NCBI RefSeq assembly: GCF_009834535.1
Contig: NC_045697.1
Span: 117,492,001-117,556,000, forward strand
Length of the DNA stretch: 64,000 nt
Direction: 5' to 3'
From: Camelus ferus
Lineage: Eukaryota
Shown here: piece after piece, positions 39,781 through 54,157 of the stretch
Layout of the letters: each line of letters opens with the position of its first letter
How positions within the stretch are numbered: position 1 is the first letter of the stretch
Notes under the pieces: model-generated
Databases searched by the model: none
Told to the model about the DNA's origin: nothing
The model's input: only the letters and a program-made list of their open reading frames with translations
Made by a program: the position numbers and the translations under genes

Positions 39781-41927
39781 CGGCTACCCTTTGATATGCT
39801 TCCAAATCAAAATTTTCCAGCTTAGAAATTTTATCTATAGATATTTATAATTTGTAGATTCTATCTTTGCTGTAACTTTTCTATAACAAGTCCCAAGAAA
39901 ACAGTTCTAGGGTAACCAACTAAATGAAGATTAGAATTTGTATATGAATTTAGCTCATACCCAGGGCTTTTTAAAAACTGTATATTTCACTATTACTTTC
40001 TTATCTATTTCTACAATTAGCACAAATTGAAATGAGGCATGGCAGGACTCCGCCTACTTTAATCACCAGAGTCACATCCAATAACTAGGCAAAGTCTTAT
40101 GAATTTGGTCTCTCTAGATTATTGTAACATGGGATTTAATTTTTGTAAATAAAATATAACACTTGGGGGCACTGACAAGCTTACACAGGTTTTCTTTACT
40201 TTCATCAAAGCTCAGGTACTAAGCCATTTTTTAATTATATAAGTCCTTCTTTGTTTATGTCCACATTATTCTCCAAAATTCTTAAAGAACATATTTCAGT
40301 TATGTTTTTAAAAAAGAGTCTACATTCAGGTGGACCTTCTTTCTTTATGACAGGTTTTAGACCAGTCATAAGTAGAATGACTTGATTATAAATCAAATTT
40401 GATTGCTCAGAGCAGATTCCAATTTACTTTCTGCCACTTCTCACCTGGGTTCAGAAGGAGGCTGCAGAGAAAGATAAACATCAAAAATGAATATTTAAAT
40501 TAGAGTAGAGGCTTTTCAATATTTCACCCCCAAGCTAGCCAGGCTCTATTTTCCTTCCATATCTGGTCAATGTTCCAGTTGCCACACCGACATACCCCCA
40601 AGTTCCCACTTAAAATTAAAAGACACAAATTTACTCAAAACATTCCTCAAAATCATATGAGGTGAAGAAATGTAAGGCCATATGAGAAAATCCTAAATGT
40701 GGCGACCTTTTGACACATCAAAATGTCCCTAATCTCCTCAACATCATTACTGAAAAAAAATAAGTACCTGTTTCAATAGAGACTAAAAGGAAAATATGCA
40801 CCTTGTTTCTAACAGTAAGTTAAATCCTTTGTTAAATGAGAAAAAGTCGGCATAACCTCCCTTTTAGAAAAAGATCTTCTGAAATATGTAAGACCGACGC
40901 AGGGCTCTCTGGGCGCCCGTCAAGGTAACGTGGATTGTAGTAAAAAGAGCGGAGTTGACGATGAGCACACACTCTCCACTAGGGTTTTAGATAATTCCCT
41001 AACATTTCTAGGACGTGGTGGCCATTGATGGTAAGTTCTGGGCACACTGCCCAGAGACGTCCCAGGAGGTCGGACGAGCACTTGTCTGAGGTCTTAAAAA
41101 TAAAGTTAAAGGCAAAAATAAGTTTAAAGAGAAAACTAAAGTACTCGGCACAGTGTCTGATAAATGAAAATTACCTAAAAACGTAAACTGGTTTTCGTTT
41201 GGCTGTTGTTTTGCTGTTTTGCTGTGTTGCTGAGACCAGATGACTTCAAAGGTTCCTTCCAATTTAGAGATAAAATTCTTGGAGATGTCTCTCAAAGTTC
41301 AAGAACATTCACGTTTACAAGTACAGGACTTCATGACTCTGCTCATGTTAGGAGAAGAAATGATTAAAAATTGGGAAAAGCAATGGTTTGCTTCTTAATA
41401 TTCTCAAATAGGGAGCCTAAAAATGTCTAATGTTATATTTGGACTTTTTTCAGTATTCTTACAGCATATTGGGTTGACTTTTGTTTCCAGCAATCTGGCT
41501 GGCTCAACAGTCTGAAAAACTCTTCTTTTCCTCCTAAATATGTTATGTATGCAGGGCTGAGTCCACAAGCAAGAAACCATCCAAAATAATAGAGAGAAAA
41601 TCGGAATGGTAGGCAGGGAATCGAAGACTGTCTGCCTCATGGGCATCTGTCAGGATGACTGAGAACCCTGGATCTGACGGCTCATTCGGGGAAGGAGAAG
41701 GGCTTTGGCTGCAGCTAAGGTGAGAGGCTGGGATAAAGAGTGAAGAATGGTCAGGCAGCGAAGGAAGGAAACAGAGAAATGTCTCTCATGTGGCTTTCCT
41801 CCAGGTGGAAAACAAGTCACCCCTCATAATCCAGAGCCAAAGGTCACACAAGCCACCAGTGTCAGTATTCCCGTTTACACCTGGCAAAACCCAAACATGG
41901 AAATACATGTACAGTCATCCTGGTAGT

Positions 41928-42015
41928 GGGGAGGGTACAGCTCAGTGGTAGAGCATGTGCTTAGCATGCACGAGGTCCTGGGTCCCATCCCCAGTCCCTC
42001 CATTAAATAATAAAA
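41928..42015 (+). mobile_element. Vic-1-like SINE
   Basis: ggggagggtacagctcagtggtagagcatgtgcttagcatgcacgaggtcctggg. Confidence 0.9.
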
Positions 42016-42099
42016 CCCAAGACCCTTGGGGTCCCAATAGATTAATGACTCAAACATGATCTCAAAACCTAACAAAAAAAAAAAAAAAAGAAGAAAAGA

Positions 42100-44700
42100 A
42101 AAATATATACACATAAGAAGAAAAAAGCAATCAGCAACAGGGATGAATAGACATATAAAAATCAGCAAAAATACATTTCATAGGTGCAATGAAAAGTAAT
42201 CTTAAGTATCTAACAGTAAAGAGGATATTTTAAATATCAGCAAGAAGTAACAGACTATAAAAGAGTTATATCTGGAAGAAAAATGATTTCCATGATGATA
42301 AATATAAATATTAAAATTAAAACTCCGATGGAAAGATTAAGCATTCTATTAGGTCACCCGGGAAGAATGAGCAAATTAGAAGGCGGAAAGAATCGCTCAG
42401 AATCATCAAAGCAAGCAAAGAGTTAGGTCGCGTGACACGAGTAACTGGAGGTGTTTCAGGACAGGATAGAGGGGAGGAGAGAAAGGCAATATTTAAAAGA
42501 CGTGGCTAAATTTTTTCTAGAATTTATAAAAATATATATATTTAAAATTTAGGCAAACCTAATTTGATAAACTGACTTCCACAAAACCTACCGAAGCTGT
42601 AGTATATCAGAGAACAGGGACGAATGAGAGTTACCAATCCAAAAAGAAAGATTTGCTACAAAGCAGCGTGAATTATGAGAGCAGGTGTCTCACTGCAGCA
42701 AGGAGCACTGGGGAACAGTAATGGAATACTTTCAAAACTAGGAGAGAAAATGGGTTTCAATCTAGAATCATATTGGTTTGTCTGCTAAAATAAAATTGCC
42801 TGTTCATGATGAAATGCAACCACTGAAAAATAGAAATAATTGTCCCTAAGAATAGAATCTAATAAAAGACGTATGTAGAAAATTATGAACTTTATTGAAA
42901 GATAATAAGGAAGACATATAAAGATGTACCATTTTTATGGGTAAGAAGATTCAGTATCATAAAGATGTCAAATCCTCTTCAAAACAATCTTTAGCAATAG
43001 CTAACTCTTATCAGGCACTTACTTTGTGCAAGACACTGTTCTAACCGACTTAACTCTTCAAAAAAAGAAGTAGGCCATGCTGTAGGTACCACAATTTTTC
43101 ATAATTTTGATAACTAATTGATGAGAAAATCACAGTGGTTAACTCACTTGCCCCAAATCACAGGGAAAAAATCCAATAAAAATTTTGATAGATGGTTTCA
43201 TGAAACTAGACAAGCTAATTTGAGAAGTTCTACTGAAGAGCAGCGAGCCAAAAATATGAGACACTTTTAACTATTAACTGACCAGCAGCTCAGTGAACAG
43301 AGCTTAGAAACCAACTCACACGATAACACATGGAGAACCCCTGGAACGGAAGTGACCCAGCAGCTAAGTGGAGAAAGGAGAGATCTTCGGTCAGAAGCTT
43401 CGGAGACAAGTGATGGACTACAAGGGAAAACTCAAGTTACAGCTCTGTCTCACACACGGAGAAAGCATTCCAGGTGGGCAAAAGAAGTAAACCTATAAAT
43501 AAAACCATTCATATATATGCATGACTGGGACACGGGGCTTGTACTCCAGAAATTGACACATGGTAACTGTACGTCAGTGGGAAAATAAATGAATAAACAA
43601 ACAAACAAACAAACAAACAAACAGAGATGAAAATATAGGACCATATCTTTAGGAATTAACTGTAGGAAAGGATTTCTGAAGCAAGACAGAAAATCATAAA
43701 GGAAAATATAGATTAATTCAACTATTTTAAGAGGTTTTTTAAAATAAAAATTTATTAGAAAAACACAATAAAGCAAGTAAAAAGGCAAACCATAATATTG
43801 GCCACGATATCTACAAGCCATATAAGTGAAAAGGGATTCGAATCCTAGTTAAACAAAGAACTGCAAATCACTAAGAAAAAGAAAAATAATGCGATATAAA
43901 ATGAAGACTGATGTAAACAGCATTGCCTTTACAAAGGGACACGGGAAGCTTATACATTATCTGAAACATGTGCAGTCACCCTGAAAATCGGGGAAATGCT
44001 GATTAAAACCAACTGAGGTACCTCTACGTATCTACAAATTGGCAAAAGGGAAAATTCTGATGACACCAAGAGCTGATAATCTATAAAAACAAGGAATCAT
44101 ACAGGAATAGTTGGACAAAATGAAACAGAAGACCCTGGAGAGGCAGAGGTCGGCACACCAGCAGTAACTCCTCCCCCACCATCTGCCCTGAGACGGCAAG
44201 ACAAGAGCACACCGAGACGTAAAACGTTCCTCGTTCGTCCTGCCAAAACCAGCAGACCATCCTCAGTAAGCCAGCAGGGCTGGGGTCTATCCCAGGGAGT
44301 CATGCACAGCAGTGAAAACTAATATTTTCATTTTTTTTATTTCATTATTTTCATATAAAACGACAAATATAAATCTCAAAATAGACTATTGGGTAAGAGA
44401 AAGACAAGTGACTGCAGATGGGTAATTTGCTTGCACAAAGTTAAAAAAAACTCTGTAATCTTTTTAGAATAAACCTACGGGTGGTAAAAATACAATGAAG
44501 TGTGCAGAAATGGTAAACGTCACATCTGAGTGAAGCGCTGCACTGAGGGCATGTGACCGGGGAGGGGACTCGAGGCGTTTCAACCTTATTAGTAACAGTT
44601 TATTTCTGGAGCTGGGTGCTGTGTATGAGGATGTTTGCTATAATGTGGTTGTATAACTTTTTGTAGGTCTGATATATTTCATAAAGTGATTTAAATGAAT
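42100..44700 (+). mobile_element. Highly decayed old L1 (L1ME-like) fragments, with a short young L1 tail and (AAAC)n at about 43510-43622
   Basis: 'gggtaagaagattcagtatcataaagatgtcaaatcctc', 'gaaactagacaagctaatt' and 'gggaaatgctgattaaaacc'. Confidence 0.55.
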
Positions 44701-44724
44701 AATAGATGCTTTGGAGATCAGAGC

Positions 44725-44776
<52 letters not shown>

Positions 44777-44808
44777 TTATATATATATATATATGCATAT
44801 ACATATAT
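44725..44808. repeat. Compound (TA)n(TG)n(TA)n microsatellite
   Basis: Directly visible. Confidence 0.93.
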
Positions 44809-46899
44809 GCAAACTGGTTAAAGTCACCAGGGATCAGATGAGAGACCAAAACACATCATGTCAAATGTGAACCCACTGAAGTCTGAGTAGAGAGGGTTTA
44901 ATGACATTTGCAGTGCCATGTCCTAATTAGCGTTTTTTTGGTTTTAGGTTTTTGGTTTTTCGTTCCTCAATAAAGACACTAGCAAGCTATGCTAGGAAAT
45001 AAATGCTGAGTACTTAATTAAGCGTGCTGGCTGGCCCAGTTTTCCTCATGTAACATCACCTTCTCTCAAACTTGCTCTTGAGAATTATAAATTACATCTT
45101 GTCAAGTGACTTCTGGGTCACTCCGCTGGCAGAGACTTCAAAAGACAAATGTCAAGTTGCTTTTGTATGAGAGAAATCTGAGGTCTACTTTTCTCCAGAA
45201 ATCTCCCTGTCTTTTGCTAAATATGAATTTGGTATTTGATGCCACAATATTAAAAACTCCAGCATCATCCAAGAATGAGTATTAATTACTTAAAAACTAG
45301 GTTATTAATGATTAATTAATGACAATTCTAAACCTTCAGCTCTGGAAAAAAATTCCATATCTAGTATCTCTTTGACTTCATCATATAATCCAGGGTAGTA
45401 AAACAAATTTTACTGTTTCTCTTTTGCAAGTAAAGATTTGGCTGATTTTCTGTTACAAAAATACTAGTGAGAGTGTCTTCATTTACTTCAAAATAAGCCC
45501 CACTAAGTAGTAACTTTCAAATCAAAAATTAAAATTGAAAATCATGAGGGCAAATTAATGTATATGTCTGAAACAAAAGTCACAGATTTAGGAAATACTG
45601 GAATACAGGACTTAGTATTAAAGACACTTGTAGGTTTCATTCTACATACAATCAAACTGTCAAAGAAGAAATAGACACATCACCTGCACATACAATGCTG
45701 GTGGTTCAGATGGATTTTTGCACCAAAGGAATTGTTTTTGCTCATCAAGAGTTTATTTAATTAATGGAAAAAGGCATTAATGTATTTATAGTTCCTGTAT
45801 TAGGAAAACATTAATCCTCAGAGGGTAGCACATTCATCATTGCAATCTCCCTTGTGAGTTATTTGTCGCCTTCACTGTGGGCTAACATTCTAAGCCTCTG
45901 ATTATTCAGTGAGATTTGCCTCTGCTCCTAGACAGATAACAGCGCCATCTCCTCCCTCCGCCAGGACTTCACGCTGGTGTGCAGAGGCTGCTGCGCCCAG
46001 ACTGTTTTGCTGTCATCACTATATTGTGCAGAAACAAAATTAAATCAAGAGAGCATTTCCTTTGAGTGCTTTTGACGATAACTCGGGAGAGATTTTGGGA
46101 CCCTGGAGCTTCGTTATGTGGAGAATAGGAAATCTAGATTGCAGATTTCAACCACCTAAACACCCACTGTTCACAATAAAAGAAAAAAGGAAGTATTTTT
46201 TGTAACACTGGCTTTTCCAGAGTATTTCTGACATATATTTGAGGTTGCAACAGAGAGCATCTTTAAGGTTCACACACAGACTGGATGTGAGTGAGCGAAA
46301 CCGTTGACCCCGTTTGCTTCAGCACCTTTTGGTGGAATCAGTGCATTTTCTTTTGAGTCTCACTCAGCTCAGCCATATTTCCTGGGCCCAGGCCACTACT
46401 GACAGTGATTGGTACCCTTTGCCAGAAAAAACCCTGAGTGTTGTTCCTACACAGGCATATGGAAAAGATGGTCACTGCGATATTTTCTTTGGAATTTTGG
46501 TAAATTTTCAGTAATATACTTTCTGGAGGAAGCAGAGCCAACCTTAAGACAAAATTACTGTGACTACAGTAGCACATAATCCAAACACATCCCCCCGTCC
46601 CTCTGAAACCCAAGACACAAGCCCCTGATACCCATTTTGCCTCCATCTGCCTCCTTTCTGTTCCTCTTAACCCCACACCATCCGAGCATCAGCTTCCACC
46701 AGGCCCTTGAAAATTCGAGTCAGCACCCCCACCACCACCATGTTCCTCATTCTTAAACTTTTCCTAAATCCTATTGCTAAGTTCTCACAATTTCTCAAAA
46801 CTAGCTTCCCTGTGAAAATACTCTTTTTCTAGAATCTTCTTTCAGAATGGCCTACCCCTTACTGTTTACTACAAGAGGTGCCTGTTGATACAGGTCGCC

Positions 46900-49048
46900 T
46901 GGTAGATTGCTGCACACGTGCCCATGGTAAACCGCGTCTCCCAGGAGCCACACTCTTAGCTAGTTCCTTCCACACTGTGTGCTCCACTGATTGGCTCTTT
47001 TAACCAAGACCACATCCGCAAACAGGATGCAACCAGAGGCGGGTCAAGGACTTCGACGTTCCAGCTGGCCCTCCCGGGACACTGCCCAGACAGTCAGTTG
47101 ATACTCCTGGAGATACAAAGACCGTGTGCTGAGAGGCTCGCTCACCTCAGCCTTCCCGGCGGACTCAGCCCTGACTCAGCCTCCCGCTGAGTATCACCAC
47201 CGGGGTGACCACAAACAAGACCAGCAGAACAACCCGCAGAACTTCAGGAGGGACACAGTGGTCACTGGCAGCTGCTAAGTGTGGGGGTGGTTTATTGCAG
47301 GAACTGAATCAGCAATTGGTCCCTAGAGGTGGCGTGCTGCCATAGCAAAAGCCTAGGAGATTTGGCATTGATCTGGGGACTGAGTAAATGGACGGAGGTT
47401 GGAAAACCGGCAAGGAGCCTGTGAGTGAAGGTTGGAGAAAAGGCAAGCAAATCATTCACAGAGGCCAAAAAGGCAGCAGAAAGCCGGTACTGGGCACTAG
47501 AGAGATGGACATCCGTGTGTTCCGTTAGTGAAAACACTGGCGAAACTGTCTCTTGCAACAAACTGGAAAATTGAAAATGTGCCAAATAAACTTGTGATTC
47601 CGGGTAGGAACATTCTGATACAGAATAGGGAACGCATCAGTTTGCATCCTGCAGTCGCATATAAGAAGGTCTTGGTCAGAAAGCTGCAGAAAGGACTGTT
47701 CAAGTAGAATTCAGAGAAAACCGAGAAAGGCCAGGACACGCTGTGATGGAAAGGAAACTTTCTCGTTGCCAGCATCTCCACCCGGCAAAGTGAGAAATGG
47801 ACTCAAGGTAAAGACTGAATCACAGACCTGCCTGTAAGACTGCTTGTCAAGATCTCAGGAAGATGGAAGGTGGTGCCAGATTGTCTCCTGGTGAGAGTCC
47901 AAGAGTCTATTAAGAATGTTAAGTGGACCATCAAGGATACAAAGGTCCAGGATGTTGTCAGAAAAAAAGACATTATTTGGGAAAAATAAATGAATGAGGC
48001 TCTAGGAGCATGAAGTGAACTCCAACCAGATCCACAAAAAGTTCACAAAAGCTTAAGGGAGTCGAGTCAGCTTGGACTAAAATGTACAGGAACTCTTCAA
48101 AATGGATTTTCTGTGGAAATAAACAGACTGAGAATGCAATCTGTCAACTGCAAAGGGGACCATTACTTATAGGAAAGGAAAGACAGAGCTAAGTACCCAA
48201 AAGACAGACAGAGAGCAGGGAATTAAGGGAACTTCAAGGAAGCAGAAGGGCCCAGTTAAGGAAGATTCCATGCCCTGAATCCCATGCCTGAAGGGTTTCA
48301 GCGGGGCTGTGGGCCAGTAACTTGTGTGTGTCTTTTGGTCATCCACTACTGAACTGAGCTATTGAGATTATCCCGTCCCTCTCGCCAGTGAGGTCAGATG
48401 TGTGCAGAGGGGGAGGAGGGAGGAAATGGCCATTTTAGTTCACAATTCTCTAGGTCAAGAAGGGCTGCCCCCAAAGGGCTGCAACCACACGTAGATCTGA
48501 TGGAGGTGGTGGTGTCATGGGCTTTGAGCATGACGCCATGATTGGATGGGACACGGAGGGGTTTGCAAGGCAGTGAGTGTATTTTTCACATGACTCACTG
48601 GGACCAGAAGGCAGACTGGGACGGCCAGTTACAGGAATGGGCCCTCCTGTGAGCCACCTGGGTGTGTGGGTCCCTCCCTCCTGGGCTCAGGTTCTGGCCA
48701 CGTGGCTTGATTTGATTGACACAAGAGGTAACACAAGGAGAATCACAAGCACCCGCGCATTTGGGAAATGCCCACTCAGGACACTGCTCTAAGGCTGTGT
48801 GCGAAGAATTGAAGTGTGGCCTCACTGAAATTTAAAACACACACACACATCCACAGGAGGAAAGAGATCCGGCCATCTCGGGCATCCCAACTGAGCTCAC
48901 TAACGGAATGCACCCTGCTTCATGAGCCTGGGCGAGACCAGCTGAAGAAGCCCCAGCCCACCTGCACGATCATGCAGATGAAGCGGCTGTTTTTGTAAGC
49001 CATTAAGTTGTTTGGAGGGCATTCTATGCAGTAACATATCCCCGATAC
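46900..49048 (+). mobile_element. ERVL-MaLR (MLT1-type) element: LTR-like about 46900-47315, internal region about 47316-48600, LTR-like about 48615-49048
   Basis: MLT-type LTR 3' ends ('gctaagtgtgggggtggtttattgcag' and 'aagccattaagttgtttggagggcattctatgcag') and an MLT1-internal-like start ('ggcgtgctgccatagcaaaagcctagg...tggcattg'). Confidence 0.6.
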
Positions 49049-50993
49049 CACCACCTCTTCCCTCTCCCTGCTTTTATTGTCTAATACCTACCAAGACGCC
49101 CCAAAATGTTCCTGGTCTCTGGGTGCTCCTTTCTATTTACTTTTCTATTTTTATTCTAAAAGATGTCAATAATAAGCTTTCTTTTTCTCAGACTCTTCAA
49201 CTCATACGCTTTCTGGCTCCTTGATATCTTGTTAATAAGAGCATTAATCTTCCAAATATTTTGCTACTTGCAAGCATGGTCATGGTTGTCAGCCAAATAC
49301 CAATTCAAATACTCCATTTATCTGACTCACATGTGTAACATATGGTGTTAACGTAAGAGAAACACTTTAGGGTCAGACAAATTTAAGAAGCCAGCTTTGG
49401 CATTTATGAACAGTCAGTTTCAATTATCTCATGTTTAAATAGTGAAAAAATATAGTCACTCAATAAGATACTAATGCTATTATCCTTGTTATGAGCTCAT
49501 ATGATTACTGCAACTGACCCAGTCTTAATTTAGAAATACAACTGAATAATTAAGCAAATTAATAAAGAGATCTTCAGCCCCATCTTTCTCCAAAATAAAT
49601 TTGTAATTAAACGTAAGGATGATCATATAAGGGCACAGTGCTGAGTCTTGGTTACTAATGATTGGTTGTTTTCTTAACGTTGGAAATTAAAGAGTTCCGA
49701 ATGTAAAACTCTGACTTGAAAGGAGTACAGGATTTGGTGCTCAGAAATCCATATATGATGTCTGAATTTATCATTTATCATAGCTGATTTGGCTCAGTCT
49801 TTTACCCTCCCTGGACCTCTGTTTTTTATTTACAAGTTCCAGTAGCTCCATCACAGGGCTGTATGTAAAACGTAAAAAGCTATTTTTAAAAAAGAGCTCA
49901 CAGATGACTGAACTACCATGTTAAGAAAGTTTGAATTTTCCTTAATCTATATTTTTTAATGTGCAGATAACAAAATTAAGGCCTCCAAAAACCATTCCTT
50001 TTAGCACCAAATAGCATGTTTTCCAATAACAGAACAGATAACTGGTATTAACCAGCTATTAATAGCCTACATTTCTATATCCTAATATGTTTAGTTCTCA
50101 AAATGAATCAAATATCTCCTTTTCTGAACTGATAGTTTGCTTAGTGTTTGAAAATAAAAATATCTCATGGAAATGAGCAGCTCATTTTTAAAATGAATAA
50201 CCCAAAAGAAAAACAAATTGCAGTCCCTATAATGTACAATTTTCTTTCAACCCACCAATGGAATTAGCAGTCCCCCAACTGCTCACGCATCCAACTCCTC
50301 GTCTGCACTGCAGACCCGCTCGCAGCCGTCCCCAGGACTAACCTCAGTGTTTCACTTCCGTCTGAACCCTCTCCTGACGCCTACTCTAAGTCCCAACGCC
50401 GCGGCCCCGCCATGGCACTTCCTGTCACTTTCTACCATAAGGGCGCACATGGGTGTCACAGTCTAGTAGTCAGTCCATTGCTCTTTCCAGTCAGATTATG
50501 AGTCGGAGTTAGGCATCTCTACTTTACTTTACTTTTCCATCCTCAGTTCCTAGCCCAGGGAATGGCCTAGAATAGATGGTCAGAAAAGGCTTACGCATCC
50601 TGATTCTGTGAAGTAAAATAATGAGCAAATAAATGCTATTTAATAATCTTAATAAAGCTGGCTGAATCCCTGACACGTTTTCACTCTCCAGATATTTCTA
50701 ACGCAAACTGAGCCCCTTGAGTCCACGCTAAAGGCAAACCTGCAAGCACAGCTGTGGAGGCAGCCGGGAGGGGTGTTCTCGGTCTGAGCCACCACCTTGA
50801 AGCTAATGGCTACTGCCTTTGGGAGCACCCAAAATCCCAGGTGTTTCCCAGGGACTCAGCAGAGGGAACACATGCCAAGTTTCTGAAAGGGTACAAGGCA
50901 GAACAAGGATAGAAACACTTGAAATTGTTTATGCACAAGTAAGGAGGCACATTTCTTCATAGGGGAATAAAGAGCATGCAGTGTATGTACAAT

Positions 50994-51206
50994 TATCACC
51001 ATCATCATCATCACCACCATCACCCTCACCACCATCACACTCATCAACACCATCATCATCATCACCATCACCAACATCATCACCATCACCCTCATCATCA
51101 CCATCACCAATACCATCATCATCAACATCATCACTATCCTCCTCCTCCTCCTCATCTTCATCATCATACACCACCATCATCACCATCATCATCATCATCA
51201 TCATCC
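50994..51206. repeat. Degenerate (CAT/CAC)n trinucleotide repeat, about 210 bp
   Basis: Directly visible; it generates the spurious poly-His, poly-Asp and poly-Ser ORFs. Confidence 0.95.
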
Positions 51207-52964
51207 ACGTAAATTAAATCTAAGTCTGACAGAGATAATCAGCTCGCCTAGCAAATCTCCTCAGCCAGACAGAGCTCTGACTTTCACTGAGAAAACCCAG
51301 CGTTATACAGTAATTTAAAAGTTATGCAGGTTAAAGGAGCACTATTTGAATTCATTATGAAAAGAGTTTAAAAGGAATTTGATCAAAATCACATTTAAAA
51401 AATGTAGCTTATAAAAAGCTACCTTTAATGGTAAAAGTCACATTTTAATAGAAAGCCATTCTGAATTATATAAGATAGAAAAGTATGAGTCCATTTATAA
51501 GGGATTGATTGGCTCACTTTTCAAGATCCCTTTATATGAGCATAAAGCTCAAAATACATCATGCAGTATCTATCTTACTAGAAAAGATGCCTTTATCTTA
51601 TAAAGTTTGTAGATGCCAAAAATAAATTATTTTAAATATGTGAAATTTAATAGATATATTACATTTATATAATTTTTATATTTTATACTTAAATAGTTAA
51701 GTAATCTATAACTTTCTTCCAAAAAAATGAAATGTCAAATAATATCTAAAGGAATAATCAACTTGTTAAATGTGGAAACCCCGAATTTGTATAAATCCAC
51801 TGCCGAGAAAAGAAAAAACAAATCAGTTGAAACTCCATGGGATGCCTGTGAAGAAGCTGCAGTCGTGATGAGAATTCAGGCAGGCCACCCAGGGACCCAG
51901 GAATCCACTAGGCTTCACATCCCGACTCACTGTGAGATCTCGGCCAAGTTACTTAAGCCTTTGGGCGTAAGTTTACTAATTTACAAAAAACGAGTGGGTG
52001 CCACTAGATAATGTCTTAATTCCTTCAAAAAAATTCTAACACTCAGATTAAATGACTGTGTCTGAGAACTGTCCTGGAAGCAAGCACAGCTGGGACTGGA
52101 ACAAACAACGACTGTTTAAGTCCTGTCTACCTAGAACACACTTAGGTCATACAGGTGCCTTTGAACTTCATCCTTCTTTCTTCCAGATGAGGTAATGTCA
52201 TTTGGCCCATTTTCCTCAATTCTAATGATGCTTCTCTGTCTGCTAGACTTTTCCTTCCATCTCCTCTCCCATGTGGCACCAGATGAGTATGGCTTCGAGC
52301 AAGAGTGAGGAGAGGAAAGATTCACCCTAATGGGAACATCCATTCCCCCATCATGGCTAACCCACGCCTATGCTGTATGTGTGTGTATGTGTATCCATAT
52401 GTGTGTACATACACGCATACACTCACACACACAGAGTGCATGGGGTTTCACGTGGAATACTCTCACTTTTCCAATTCTCTCCAACCCATCCGCATACCCA
52501 TATTTTCCAAGCCCAAAAAGAGAAAAGAACTACTCATGTGACTGTTACACAATTGCTTTCCTTTCCTGGTTTTAAATTATTTCTTTCCTTCAAATTTTTT
52601 TAATAAATCATTACTAAGAAAATAAATTTATATCTGAGGGGAAAAAAGTGTATGCCCTGAATTTAAAACTGAAGAATTGCTGAGGTAGAATAAAATTGAA
52701 TGAAGGAGCTATATGCAAAACGTGACCTAGTAGATTAACAAACCTGATTATTTACAATCGTAAATGAGTTTTTCCTGGAGTAGTAGCACCCTCCTCTAGT
52801 GACTTATATAGAAGTATTGAGTTTGGTCTAAAATTGCGTTGTTTGACTGAAAAGGCCATTTCGACAGAACCAGTACTGCAGAATCTTGCTGTGATACCAA
52901 CAAGAAGAACATCAAATTCTTAACTTATGTTAATCGATCTATTTTACTATTGCATAAAAATATT

Positions 52965-53130
52965 ATAAGGTAGATACTATTATTTTCACTTTCACCGTGA
53001 GGAAACTGAGACATAACAAGGTTGAGTAAATTTCCCAAGGACACACATTTAGCAAGCCATGAAACTGGGGTTCTCATACAGACGCCAGGCTTACTTATTC
53101 CAGGAATGTTGTATGCTCTTAACTTCTAAG
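52965..53130 (-). mobile_element. MIR SINE
   Basis: 'aggtagatactattattttcactttcaccgtgaggaaactgagacata...cccaagg'. Confidence 0.7.
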
Positions 53131-53904
53131 ATGTAAAAACATATGAAATACCAGCCCCACACTCCAGAGACCATGGCTCCCCTCAGGCCATATGTAATTT
53201 GTTACTTGAGAGTCACGTGGGAGACAAGTTTTGTGAAACCGTATGAAGTCATCTTCCAAACATTCAGCATAATCTTGAACGACCCCAAATTATGGCTCCA
53301 TCTCATTCACGAATCCCTTTTAATCTGCTTGTATTTTTACATTGTCTCACCTCTTGGGTTACTGTTTCATTAATTTAAAACAATGTTAAAAATAATATTT
53401 CTTTTGATTTACCCTAAACCTCTTCCTTTGTGCTTCAAGGAGTGTCCCTGAATTATAATACATATTTTGAAATGTGGTGAGTAAGTTCATGTTTATTCTC
53501 TTCCAAGTTTTATAAACTTTGATCACCTCTCCTTTCAACACTTTGACTTTCCATACAAAGAGTTCTTTTAAATCCATTAAATAAAAAATTCAAGAGACAG
53601 TTTCAATTTCAAAGTCCTAAAGTTTCAAAGGAATCCAGAAACTTGTTAGCCAGCCATGTCAAGAAGGACTTAAAAGAAAGTGTTTCTAAAGTTAAAAAAT
53701 TCTGATTTGGAGATAGTGTCTACTCTGACAAATGACGTTGCAAAAACTCTCAAGGACAATTGCATTATGTCTATTTCTTAAGCCAAACATTCTTACAAAA
53801 GAAAAGAAAAAAGAAAAAAACTGACCACTCATGTATTTTCCAAGTCAGAAGCATCCTCATATCTTAAAATTTTAGCAAACGAGATTTCAAATGTCATTAA
53901 TGTT

Positions 53905-54157
53905 TCTTTTTAAATTAGAATTCTCTCTGGATGTATGCCCAGGAGTGGGATTGCTGGGTCATATGGTAAGTCTATTTTTAGTTTTTTGAGGAATCTCCAT
54001 GCTGTTTTCCACAATGGCTGCACCAAACTGCATTTCCTCCAGCAGTGTAGGAAGAATATGAAAACGAATATATGTATGACTTGGAAATTGTGCTGTACAT
54101 CAGAAATTAACACATTGTAACTGCACTTCAATTTAAAAAGTCAAAAAAAACACAGGA
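53905..54157. mobile_element. 5'-inverted (twin-primed) L1 insertion
   Basis: An antisense ORF2 C-terminal piece (about 53910-54050) is joined to a sense 3' UTR tail (about 54051-54157). TSD is aaatgtcattaatgtt (53889-53904) and aaaagtcactaatgtt (54158-54173). Confidence 0.82.

Noticed and set aside
46318..46345. TTCAGCACC half-sites (also near 17640 and 33386) as REST/NRSE elements
   Set aside because: The right half GGACAG is absent at a canonical spacing.
50856..51217. Poly-His, poly-Asp, poly-Met and poly-Ser ORFs
   Set aside because: All four are translations of one (CAT/CAC)n simple repeat, with no splice or homology support.
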